A stretch of DNA of 27,486 bases from a virus (taxonomy: Duplodnaviria; Caudoviricetes): positions 1-27,486 of the IMG/VR virus record IMGVR_UViG_3300032247_000268; one strand, written 5' to 3'. Each line of letters begins with the position of its first letter. The stretch's first letter is position 1. The notes below the pieces were generated by a model, which saw nothing but the letters and a program-made list of their open reading frames with translations, was not told the DNA's origin and did not search any database. Shown here in pieces: positions 16,036 through 25,237 of this stretch. The position numbers and the translations under genes are program-made.

Positions 16036-16650
16036 ATGGCAAAAGACAATTTTTTTTCCGTTGAATTTGATTCATTTGGTGTTGATGAATCCGTGGCCAA
16101 TGATGTCACGGGTTTTGATGATGTCCAAAAGGTTTTGTTTGATTGGTGTGAAGAAACCACAAAATTGATGGTTGCCGAATTCGACAACATGCCGTTTGAC
16201 AAACAAGGGCAACGGGTTGGGCGGTCCACCGGTAATTTGCGCCAATCATTGGTGGCATTGCCGGTTGAAAAATTTGGTGAGGTTTACACGGCGGAAATTT
16301 CATCACAGGATGTTGACTATTGGGCATACTTCAATTATGGTGTCCAAGGTAGATTTTCAACAACCAAGGCACCGAATTCACCATTTCGATACAAAGACAA
16401 AATGCCACCATTGTCAGCCATGCAAACATGGGGAATGGAAAAGGGATATTTCACCGGGTTGGATGAACAACAACGGGAATCATTGGCCAAATCCATCCGG
16501 TGGCAAATCTATTCCACCGGAATCAAGGCCCGGCCATTTATTGAACCGGTATTGACTGAAAAACACATCCAAAAATTGACCGACAATTTGGGGGAATTCA
16601 TTGCCGGTGCAATTGCACAAATACAATTGCCCAAAACACCAAATAAATGA
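16036..16650 (+). CDS. Neck/tail completion protein (HK97 gp10-like)
   Basis: TGNLRQS, DYWAYFNYG, PP...W and GIKARPFIEP motifs. Confidence 0.65.
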   Translation: MAKDNFFSVEFDSFGVDESVANDVTGFDDVQKVLFDWCEETTKLMVAEFDNMPFDKQGQRVGRSTGNLRQSLVALPVEKFGEVYTAEISSQDVDYWAYFNYGVQGRFSTTKAPNSPFRYKDKMPPLSAMQTWGMEKGYFTGLDEQQRESLAKSIRWQIYSTGIKARPFIEPVLTEKHIQKLTDNLGEFIAGAIAQIQLPKTPNK

Positions 16651-17876
16651 TAACAATAAATAAAACACCGGAATTGTACACGTTTTCCGGGAATCCAATG
16701 ACCATTGTTTTGGATTCGGACAATTCATCCGTTGTGGGGATGAAATACGTTTGTGATGTTTCAATTGATGGAACATTGGTCACACGTTTGAAATGTTCAC
16801 CAAATTCAACCAATGGATATGGTTTTTTTGATGTTTCCGGGGTTGTTTCCAAGTTTGTGGGGATTGATGTTGATTCACAAATTTCATGGACCATGGGGCA
16901 AAATTGTGAAAACATGTTTGTTGATGTCAACGTGGAATTTGCAGAGGAAATTTCCGGAACAATCACCACGTTTTCCCAATATGATTTTCGGGCCATCACA
17001 TACGCCATGGATTGGTTGAATTTTCCAATTGAACCATTGGCATATTTTTTCCAAAATGGAACCATCCGTCACACACGGGCATTGACACAAAATCAAAAAT
17101 ACAAATTCACAATGGATACACGTTCGTATTTGTATTTTCCAATCACCATTCAAACATCATCCAACATTGATTTGATGCATGTGGAATATTTTGATGTCAT
17201 GGGGAATTTGATTCGACAATTTGAATTCAACACACCGGCCCGGGAATTCCATGATGCAACCGACCAAAACCCATCACCATTGATGGCGGTTCCATTTGGC
17301 CCACGGACATTGCAAATTTTATCGGAATTTGTTTGTTCTGATACACAACCGGGTTCATTTGCATTGAATGAAGCAAAACGGGTGGTGATGTATGGCGTTT
17401 TGAATTCAACGGATTTGGACCGATTAACAGAGGTTTATGAATACGAAATCATTGAACCATGCCCGGATGTTGAAACAACGGAAATGCATTTTTTGTGGGG
17501 TGGTGTTGAAACGTATGTTTTCACCAAACCCAAACGTGAATTTGTTGATTCGGAAAAAACCAATTCATCAAAACCATCCATGAATTTTTCAACCGGGTTG
17601 TACAATGTGAGTGATTCCGGCCGGTTCGTGGCAAACGTGAAATCCAAACAACGTTTTTCCGTCGTGTCGGATTGGTTGAATGATGATGAATTTGAATGGT
17701 TGTCACGATTGGTTCAAACACCGAATGCGTGGGTAACAATCCCAACATTGGGGAAAATGGTTCCCATCATCATCACCAACACATCATTCCAAAAATTCAA
17801 AAGACAATTTGACCAATTGAACCAATTGACCATTGAATTTGAATACACGTTTGACCAAACAAACCCATTCCAATGA
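16647..17876 (+). CDS. Tail/baseplate structural protein
   Basis: 409 aa, beta-rich, with GGVETYVF and SDWLNDDEFEWL..L..TP motifs; lies in the tail cluster. Confidence 0.6.
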   Translation: MITINKTPELYTFSGNPMTIVLDSDNSSVVGMKYVCDVSIDGTLVTRLKCSPNSTNGYGFFDVSGVVSKFVGIDVDSQISWTMGQNCENMFVDVNVEFAEEISGTITTFSQYDFRAITYAMDWLNFPIEPLAYFFQNGTIRHTRALTQNQKYKFTMDTRSYLYFPITIQTSSNIDLMHVEYFDVMGNLIRQFEFNTPAREFHDATDQNPSPLMAVPFGPRTLQILSEFVCSDTQPGSFALNEAKRVVMYGVLNSTDLDRLTEVYEYEIIEPCPDVETTEMHFLWGGVETYVFTKPKREFVDSEKTNSSKPSMNFSTGLYNVSDSGRFVANVKSKQRFSVVSDWLNDDEFEWLSRLVQTPNAWVTIPTLGKMVPIIITNTSFQKFKRQFDQLNQLTIEFEYTFDQTNPFQ

Positions 17877-20053
17877 TTGCCGAATTGTATTTGAACGGGC
17901 ATCGGATTGACATTGAAAATGACATCCCATTGCCGGTGACATATTCATTGAATGAAATTGAAAATCCAACGGAACGGAATTCAGCCGTGTCCAAAACCAT
18001 TGAAGTGGTTGGAACATCAAACAATGACCGGGTGTTTGGTGAAATCTACATGATTGACCAATACATCATTGATTTCAACCCATTGGAAAAAGCCACGGCG
18101 CAAATCATCCGGAATGGTGTTGAAACATTCCGTGGCATTGGACAATTGTTGTCCATCCGGAAAACCAAATCATTGGTGGTGTATGAATTGGGATTGTATG
18201 GGGAATCAGCCGATTTCATTCGGTCCGTTTCCACAAAGGAATTGACCGACATTGATTTTTCGGATTTGAACCATGAATGGAATTCAACCAACGTGTATGA
18301 TTCATGGGTGATTGCCGGAACCGGCAATGGGTATTGTTACCCGTTGATTGATTACGGTCAATTACCGGCCGGTGAACGGACAAACACACCACCGGCATCT
18401 CAATTGTACACCACGGAAATGTTTTACCCGGCAATATATTTGAAAACGTATGTTGACCGGATTTTTGCCGGTGCCGGGTTCACGTATGTTTCCAATTTTT
18501 TCAATTCGGAATTGTTTGCAAAATTGGTGGTTCCGTATGGTTTAGCCGGATTACCATTGATGCCGGAACAATTATTATTCCAACAAATGTTCCGCATTGG
18601 TATGGATGGAATCCAAGACATCAACCAAGGTTCAACCATTCAAATCAATTTTGCAATTGATACGCCGGAACCATTTTTCAATGGTGGCAATTATGACACG
18701 GCCAATTTTGAATTCGATTGTGTCACATCGGATTTGTATGATTTTGAATGCCACATGAATTGGCAACCGAATTTGTCAATTTTGGGATATGAACAAACGG
18801 CCATTGCACAATTATTTGTGAATGGGGCACCGGTTGGGACATTGACATCCTATACATGGGCACCAAATACAGGAAATGCGGTACAAGTTAGTGGAGTATT
18901 GACCGGAATTCCATTGAATGCCGGTGATGTTGTTGATGTTCGTATTTCTTTTTATTTGGATACGGAAACACCACCAATTTCATATTTGCGAATTTTCACG
19001 GATGGTTCGTTTTGGTTGAATAAGATTTCCGGAACACCAAACATGTCCGTTGGTCAAACATGGGACATGAACCAAACCATTATTCCAAAAATCAAACAAT
19101 CCGATTTCATGGCATGGGTGTTCAAAATGTTCAATTGTTTTGTGATGCCGGACAAATTTGATTCCAAAAAATTGTACATTGAACCATTCCCGGATTTCTA
19201 TGCAACCACGGAACCACCAATTGATTGGACACAAAAATTGGATGTTGAACAAACAATGACCATTGAACCGGTGGCATTGGCAACCCAAAAAACATTTGTT
19301 TTCAACCACCGGGATGGTGGTGAATTCATTGCCAAAAAATACCAAACGGCATTCAATTCATCGTATGGTTCCCGTGTTTATGAAATTGAAAACGAATTCG
19401 CCACGGATTCCAATGAACAAACCAATTTGTTTGCCATTGCACCGATGTCCGGGTACACATCATCATCCCGTTTGATGTCACGTATTTGGGACATGGATGA
19501 AAACGGAGTTGTCAAACCAATCAATCCGGGTTTGCGAATCATGTTTCATGGGTTCATTGTATATCCCAAAAATTCGGGATTTTTTGTATTTGAGGGAACA
19601 CCATTGGAATCATTCCCGTATGCCGGCCATTTGGATAATTTATACAATCCACAACACGATTTGTGTTTTGGAATCCCACGTGAAATTTATTGGACCAACA
19701 ACACGGAAACAAACCAATTTTGGAAATACACCAACGGCAATTTGTTCAACCGATATTGGCGTAATTATGTTGATGAATTGACCAATGTGGATGCAAAACG
19801 TTTGGTGGCCAATATCAATTTGGATTCGATTGATGTTTACAATTTGGATTTCCGGAAATTGATTTTGATTGGAAACACCATGTTCCGATTGATTTCAATT
19901 CGGGATTTCGATGCAAACAAAAACACATCAACCACATGTGAGTTCATCCGGGTGACCAATATTGAACCATTTGAGGCAACACAATTCACATTGACCAATG
20001 GGGCAAATGCATTCATTGGTGATGAACCAAAACCACAAACAATCATTGAATAA
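17873..20053 (+). CDS. Large tail tip/baseplate hub-like protein
   Basis: 726 aa; ELYLNG.RID, SKTI, YPLIDYG, PAIYLK, KMFN, IEP and DWTQKLD motifs typical of Bacteroidota phage tail proteins. Confidence 0.7.
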   Translation: MIAELYLNGHRIDIENDIPLPVTYSLNEIENPTERNSAVSKTIEVVGTSNNDRVFGEIYMIDQYIIDFNPLEKATAQIIRNGVETFRGIGQLLSIRKTKSLVVYELGLYGESADFIRSVSTKELTDIDFSDLNHEWNSTNVYDSWVIAGTGNGYCYPLIDYGQLPAGERTNTPPASQLYTTEMFYPAIYLKTYVDRIFAGAGFTYVSNFFNSELFAKLVVPYGLAGLPLMPEQLLFQQMFRIGMDGIQDINQGSTIQINFAIDTPEPFFNGGNYDTANFEFDCVTSDLYDFECHMNWQPNLSILGYEQTAIAQLFVNGAPVGTLTSYTWAPNTGNAVQVSGVLTGIPLNAGDVVDVRISFYLDTETPPISYLRIFTDGSFWLNKISGTPNMSVGQTWDMNQTIIPKIKQSDFMAWVFKMFNCFVMPDKFDSKKLYIEPFPDFYATTEPPIDWTQKLDVEQTMTIEPVALATQKTFVFNHRDGGEFIAKKYQTAFNSSYGSRVYEIENEFATDSNEQTNLFAIAPMSGYTSSSRLMSRIWDMDENGVVKPINPGLRIMFHGFIVYPKNSGFFVFEGTPLESFPYAGHLDNLYNPQHDLCFGIPREIYWTNNTETNQFWKYTNGNLFNRYWRNYVDELTNVDAKRLVANINLDSIDVYNLDFRKLILIGNTMFRLISIRDFDANKNTSTTCEFIRVTNIEPFEATQFTLTNGANAFIGDEPKPQTIIE

Positions 20054-20060
20054 ATAAGCC

Positions 20061-22013
20061 ATGGCAGATACTACCAAAAACATATTGATTCGGGTAAAAT
20101 CGGAAACCGAAGATGCAAACAAGGATTTCAAATCATTGCAACATGAATTGAAAGAAATTCAAAAGGCAATGAATTTGTTGTCACAAGCCGGGAAAGAGGG
20201 TTCAAAAGATTTTGAACTATTATCACAACGTGCCGGGGAATTAAAAGACCAAATCGGTGACACAAAGGCCCGAATAAATGCATTGGCATCCGATACATTC
20301 AAATTGGATGCAATGACCGGGGCGGTTGAGGGCCTTGCATCCGGGTTTGCAGTTGTTGAGGGGGCCACGGCATTGTTTGGTTCGGAAAATGAAGATTTGC
20401 AAAAAACATTGGTTCGTGTCCAAGGTGCCATGGCATTGTTGCAAGGCGCACAATCAATTCAAAATTTGTTGCAAAAGGAATCCGCCGTGTATATTGGTGT
20501 CACTACATTGGCCCAAAAAACATACAATGCCGTTGTTGGGGATTCCGTTGGTGTCACAAAAGCGTTCCGAATTGCATTGGCCACAACCGGTGTTGGTGTG
20601 TTGGTCGGTGTCATTGGGTATTTGGCATCCAATTGGGAATCATTAACCAATGCCATTAGTGGTTCAAACCGGGAATTGGGAATCACAAAAGAAACGTTGA
20701 CATCCGTGGCGGACCAATATGCAGATGAACAAGTTTCCGTTCGGATGTTGGTTCATGAATATGAAAATGTCAATACATCCGCATCCCGGAAAAAAGAAAT
20801 TTTGCAAGAGTTGAACAAGATTTCACCAAATTATTTTTCCACGGCAATCAAAAACACCAATGATTTGAAACGGGCGCAAGATTTATTCAACCAATCTTTA
20901 TTGGCGCAAGTTGGATTTGAGGCGGTCAAATCAACCATGATTGAAAAACAAAAAAAGTTTTTTCAAGACAATGGAGAGGCAATGCAACGTTTGAATGAAA
21001 TTCAAAATGAAATGAATTTGTTGCAAAAGGAAGCGGACAAAGAGGAACGTGGTAAAGCATCCGGGCGCATTGCAGTTCTAAGGATGGAAAAGGAACAATT
21101 AGAAGTCAATTTGTATGCAGCAAAAGGAATTTTCCAAACTGAACAAGATAATTTGTTGAAATATGCGGAAACGTTCAAAGTTCAAATGGACAAATTGGGT
21201 GGACCGGCAATTGAAGAAAAATCACCGGTTCAAAAATTGGCAAAACAAACAAAAAAGGTTGTGCGCCAAACATTTGATGATTTGGACATGTTGACATTGA
21301 AATCCGTTGGAACAATTGCCCAAAAAATGACAAGGACATTGGATGATTTTTCATGGTTTTATGAACAACAACGGGCATTGTTGGACACGTTCATGGATGA
21401 CAATTCCCATTCATTTGACCAAATGCAAATGCAATTGGACACGGCATTGGCGAACCGGGTTATTTCGATAACGGAATACAATGAACGTGTGGCCAAATTG
21501 AACCAATTGGAATATGAATCAAAGGTGGAAACAGGAAAAGCCATTGCCAATGTTTTACAAGCCATGTCCGATGCGGTTGGAAAACAAACCAAGGCCGGGA
21601 AAATTATGGCCACGGCATCCGCATTGATAAATACTTATTTGGGTATTTCCGAAGTTTTAAAAGCAAAAAACCCATACCCAGAACCATTCGGAACGGCCAT
21701 CAAAATTGCCAATGCATCGGTCATTGGAATCAACGGGTTCAAACAAGTTCGTGAAATCAACAAAGTTCAAATACCAAATCAATCCGGTGGTGGTGGCAAT
21801 ACGGGTTCACAACCATCATTGGCCGGGGCATCATCCGGTTCAATGCCCAATGTTCAATCGATCGGTTCACAATTGTCAAGTGCAACCAAAATCCAATTGA
21901 ATCAATTTGAAAATTTCAAAAACCCAACCATTCGGGCATATGTTGTTGAATCCGATGTGACCGGGACACAACAACGGGCAAAACGTTTGAAACAGACATC
22001 AACCATAAAATGA
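20061..22013 (+). CDS. Tape measure protein
   Basis: 650 aa, helical, Ala/Gln/Lys/Glu-rich, with a hydrophobic ALATTGVGVLVGVIG segment and C-terminal RAYVVESDVT. Confidence 0.8.
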   Translation: MADTTKNILIRVKSETEDANKDFKSLQHELKEIQKAMNLLSQAGKEGSKDFELLSQRAGELKDQIGDTKARINALASDTFKLDAMTGAVEGLASGFAVVEGATALFGSENEDLQKTLVRVQGAMALLQGAQSIQNLLQKESAVYIGVTTLAQKTYNAVVGDSVGVTKAFRIALATTGVGVLVGVIGYLASNWESLTNAISGSNRELGITKETLTSVADQYADEQVSVRMLVHEYENVNTSASRKKEILQELNKISPNYFSTAIKNTNDLKRAQDLFNQSLLAQVGFEAVKSTMIEKQKKFFQDNGEAMQRLNEIQNEMNLLQKEADKEERGKASGRIAVLRMEKEQLEVNLYAAKGIFQTEQDNLLKYAETFKVQMDKLGGPAIEEKSPVQKLAKQTKKVVRQTFDDLDMLTLKSVGTIAQKMTRTLDDFSWFYEQQRALLDTFMDDNSHSFDQMQMQLDTALANRVISITEYNERVAKLNQLEYESKVETGKAIANVLQAMSDAVGKQTKAGKIMATASALINTYLGISEVLKAKNPYPEPFGTAIKIANASVIGINGFKQVREINKVQIPNQSGGGGNTGSQPSLAGASSGSMPNVQSIGSQLSSATKIQLNQFENFKNPTIRAYVVESDVTGTQQRAKRLKQTSTIK

Positions 22014-22020
22014 TAAAAAG

Positions 22021-22617
22021 ATGAACAACGAAAATGAAATACCATTGTTTGAATGTGTGATTGATGAAAATGATTTTGAAACCGGTGTGAACTTTGTTGC
22101 ATTGGTTGGGAAACCGGCCATTGAACGGAATTTCCACATTTTCAATGAATCCAAAAAACATCAATTCCAAATCAATGATGAACGGCGGATTGTTTCCGGT
22201 CCGTTGATGATTCCGAATTTGCCAATTTTCCGGCATGATGAAAAAACCGGCCCGTATTATGTAACATTTTCCGAATCCACCATTGAAAAAATTGCCATGA
22301 AATTCATGAAAAATGGGTTTGGTAAAAATGTCAACATGCAACATAAAACACCAGTGGATGGGGTATACATGTTTGAAACGTTTTTGATTGATGGCAAACG
22401 TGGAATCAACCCACCAACGGCCATGAATGATTTGCCACATGGGACATGGTTTGGTTCATACAAAATTGAAAATGATGATGTATGGGAAAACAAAGTGAAA
22501 ACCGGTGAATTCCGTGGGTTTTCAGTTGAGGGGGCATTTGATGAATTGTTTGTGTTGAAACAAAACCAATTCAAATCAATGTCCATGGTTGATGAAATTT
22601 TGGAGTTGTTGAAATAA
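22021..22617 (+). CDS. Prohead serine protease (XkdF-like)
   Basis: RRIVSGPLMIP, NMQH, GTWF and VKTGEFRGFSVEG. Confidence 0.85.
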   Translation: MNNENEIPLFECVIDENDFETGVNFVALVGKPAIERNFHIFNESKKHQFQINDERRIVSGPLMIPNLPIFRHDEKTGPYYVTFSESTIEKIAMKFMKNGFGKNVNMQHKTPVDGVYMFETFLIDGKRGINPPTAMNDLPHGTWFGSYKIENDDVWENKVKTGEFRGFSVEGAFDELFVLKQNQFKSMSMVDEILELLK

Positions 22618-22672
22618 TTTCGGCCAATTTTTTTCAACCCATGCATTTGTTTTCAAATAAATTTTTCAAAAT

Positions 22673-23269
22673 ATGAATACAACAAACCAATTGTTGGTGG
22701 GTATCCGAAACATTTTGAAGATGTCTAAAAATGAAGCATTTGCAATTTACACCACGGCATCCGGAACGGATGTGAAAATTGATGGTGAAATTGTTGTTGG
22801 TGCAAAAGTTTTGGCCATTGGTGAAAATGGAATGGAAATCCCGGCACCGGATGGGGAACATGAATTGATTGGTGTTGCCAAAATTGTGGTCACCGATGGT
22901 GTCATTTCCGAAATCATGCCCATTGAGGATGAACAATCCGTGGAAATCGAAATTGAAGCAGAAACCGAGAAAATGGCGGATGAATCAAACGTTGAATTGG
23001 CGGTTGAACCATCAACCCAATCCGTTGATTACGGCCCGGAAATGGAATCCATGGCGGAACGAATCACAAAGTTGGAAACAATGATTGCGGATTTGATGTC
23101 CAAATTGGGTGGCATGTCCAAAATGAACGAAAAAATGGCATCCATGTTGGGAAAAATTGAATTGATGCCCACGGCGGAACCAACCAAAAATGAAACGTTT
23201 TCAAGTTCCAAAAAAGATGAAAAATGGGAACGTTTTGAAACATTGAAACAAGTATTAAAAAATAAATAA
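22673..23269 (+). CDS. Capsid scaffolding protein (putative)
   Basis: Acidic, with a PAPDGEHEL motif and C-terminal coiled coil; lies between protease and capsid genes. Confidence 0.7.
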   Translation: MNTTNQLLVGIRNILKMSKNEAFAIYTTASGTDVKIDGEIVVGAKVLAIGENGMEIPAPDGEHELIGVAKIVVTDGVISEIMPIEDEQSVEIEIEAETEKMADESNVELAVEPSTQSVDYGPEMESMAERITKLETMIADLMSKLGGMSKMNEKMASMLGKIELMPTAEPTKNETFSSSKKDEKWERFETLKQVLKNK

Positions 23270-23275
23270 AAAAAA

Positions 23276-24223
23276 ATGAGTTACACATTTACAGCACCAT
23301 TAACGCAGTACACTAACCAAAATGTATTGCCATTGATTACCAAATCATTGTTTGATGCCCGTACAATTTCACTAATCAACAAACAAGTTGGTTTGAAAGG
23401 TCCATCAACATTGAATTTGATGACCGAAACCACATCATTTGCGTATGGTTATGGTTGTGGGTTCACATCAAACGTTGGAACCAATGCAACCGATTTCACA
23501 CAACGCACAATCAACATTGTTGATGTCAAGGTATATGAATCGTTATGCCCAAAGGCCTTGCAACAATATTGGATGCAATCACAATTGCCATCCGGTTCCA
23601 TGTTGACAACCATTCCATTTGAGGAACAATATGCCACAATGAAAGTAAAGGCCATCCAAAAGGCATTGGAAACGGCCGTGTGGACCGGTACCGGTTCCGG
23701 CAATTCAATCACCGGGTTTGTGTCAATTTTGTCCGGTGTTACGGATTGGAATGCAACCGTTTCCGGATGGACAACATTGACATTGGCGGATTTGACCGGT
23801 TCATCCGGCGGTGCAAATGTCATCAAAATGTTGAACCGAATTGAAGCCAACATCGTGGCGGATATTCGTGGGGCGGATGATGTTGTCATTTTTTGTGGCA
23901 TGGACATGTTCACCATCATCAAACAAGGTTTGGTGGCGCAAAACTATTTCAACATTTCATATTTGAACGGGGTTGAAACATACGAATTGACATTGCCCGG
24001 TTCAAACATTCGTTTGATTGGTGTGAATGGTTTGAACACATCAAATGATTTGTATTTTGGCCGTTTGTCTAACTTCTATTTCGGAACCGATTTATTGGGT
24101 GAAGAGGAAAAATTTGAAATTTTCTACGCAAAAGAGGCGGATGAAGTACGTTTCATGTGCGAATTCAAAGCCGGTGTACAAGTTGCATTCACCGACCAAG
24201 TTGGCCGTTTCATGATTGCATAA
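23276..24223 (+). CDS. Major capsid protein
   Basis: 315 aa after the scaffold; CGF, FTQRTI, ESLCPKAL, W.G and FGTDLL motifs; followed by a terminator. Confidence 0.85.
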   Translation: MSYTFTAPLTQYTNQNVLPLITKSLFDARTISLINKQVGLKGPSTLNLMTETTSFAYGYGCGFTSNVGTNATDFTQRTINIVDVKVYESLCPKALQQYWMQSQLPSGSMLTTIPFEEQYATMKVKAIQKALETAVWTGTGSGNSITGFVSILSGVTDWNATVSGWTTLTLADLTGSSGGANVIKMLNRIEANIVADIRGADDVVIFCGMDMFTIIKQGLVAQNYFNISYLNGVETYELTLPGSNIRLIGVNGLNTSNDLYFGRLSNFYFGTDLLGEEEKFEIFYAKEADEVRFMCEFKAGVQVAFTDQVGRFMIA

Positions 24224-24230
24224 ATTGACC

Positions 24231-24263
24231 ATGGTGGTGGGGTAAAATCCACCACCATTTTTT
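24231..24263 (+). terminator. Intrinsic terminator after capsid gene
   Basis: ATGGTGGTGG-GGTAAAAT-CCACCACCAT followed by a T-run. Confidence 0.85.
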
Positions 24264-24285
24264 CCACCAAATAAAAGATAAAAAA

Positions 24286-24780
24286 ATGAGTTGTTCAATT
24301 ACAAGCGGATACACGTTAGATTGTAAAGAATCCGTGGGTGGAATAAAGGCCGTATATATTGCGGATTTCACATCCATCACATACGATACACCGGCCGGTG
24401 GTGTCATTGCAGATGTCACAACCGGTGATTTTTTTCTATTCGAGTTACCACCACAAACCGGAAATTTCACCATCACGGCAAATTCATCAATTGAAAATCA
24501 ATCCACGTTCTATCAAACCGAATTGGTGATTGCATTGCCACGTTTGTCAACCACGGCACGAAATCAATTCATGGTTTTGACCAAAGGCCGTTTCGCCATC
24601 ATTGTTTTGGACCGATTGGGGAACCAATACGTTTTGGGATATGAAAACGGATGTTTTGCCACAACAGGAACGGCAGTTTCCGGAACGGCAATGGGGGATT
24701 TGAATGGACAAAATTTGACATTCACATCATTGGAAACGCAAGCGCCATACATGTTCACGGGTGAAGTTCCATTGGATTAA
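24286..24780 (+). CDS. Major tail tube protein
   Basis: 164 aa; MSCSITSG..LDCKESVGGIKAVY and SGTAMGDLNG..LTF..E; flanked by terminators. Confidence 0.75.
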   Translation: MSCSITSGYTLDCKESVGGIKAVYIADFTSITYDTPAGGVIADVTTGDFFLFELPPQTGNFTITANSSIENQSTFYQTELVIALPRLSTTARNQFMVLTKGRFAIIVLDRLGNQYVLGYENGCFATTGTAVSGTAMGDLNGQNLTFTSLETQAPYMFTGEVPLD

Positions 24781-24801
24781 AATTCCACCACATATTTCAA
24801 C

Positions 24802-24832
24802 AAAACCGGTTCCAATTTGGGCCGGTTTTTTT
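24802..24832 (+). terminator. Intrinsic terminator after tail tube gene
   Basis: AAAACCGGTTCCA-ATT-TGGGCCGGTTTT stem followed by further Ts. Confidence 0.8.
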
Positions 24833-24868
24833 ATTTGGCACAATTTGATTTTTTGTGCATTTGTTTTC

Positions 24869-25237
24869 ATGCAATTGTTGAATTCCGGAGAAAACCAACG
24901 TTTGTTTTTCACGGCCACGGAAAACATGGTGAGTGGAAATTATTTGTATTTGTTGATTGAACATATTTCAACCAATGAATCATTTTTTTTGTCATTCCCA
25001 AAATCCGCAAACGTGTCAACATACACCGACCGGTGGGATGGGTTTGATGTTACAATCCCAAACATTCCCATTGGCCAATGTCGGTATTCACTTTACGAGG
25101 GTGAAACCGGTGCAATATCGGTTGATTCGCCGGAAATTACCCGAATGATTGAATGCGGATTGTACCAAGTTTTGACAAATGAATCAACGGATTTCACAAT
25201 TGAAAATCCAATCACATATTTTGAACCGACAATATGA
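24869..25237 (+). CDS. Hypothetical virion protein
   Basis: 122 aa from ATG 24869 (the longer ORF-track start crosses the terminator); ATGA-coupled to the portal. Confidence 0.7.
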   Translation: MQLLNSGENQRLFFTATENMVSGNYLYLLIEHISTNESFFLSFPKSANVSTYTDRWDGFDVTIPNIPIGQCRYSLYEGETGAISVDSPEITRMIECGLYQVLTNESTDFTIENPITYFEPTI

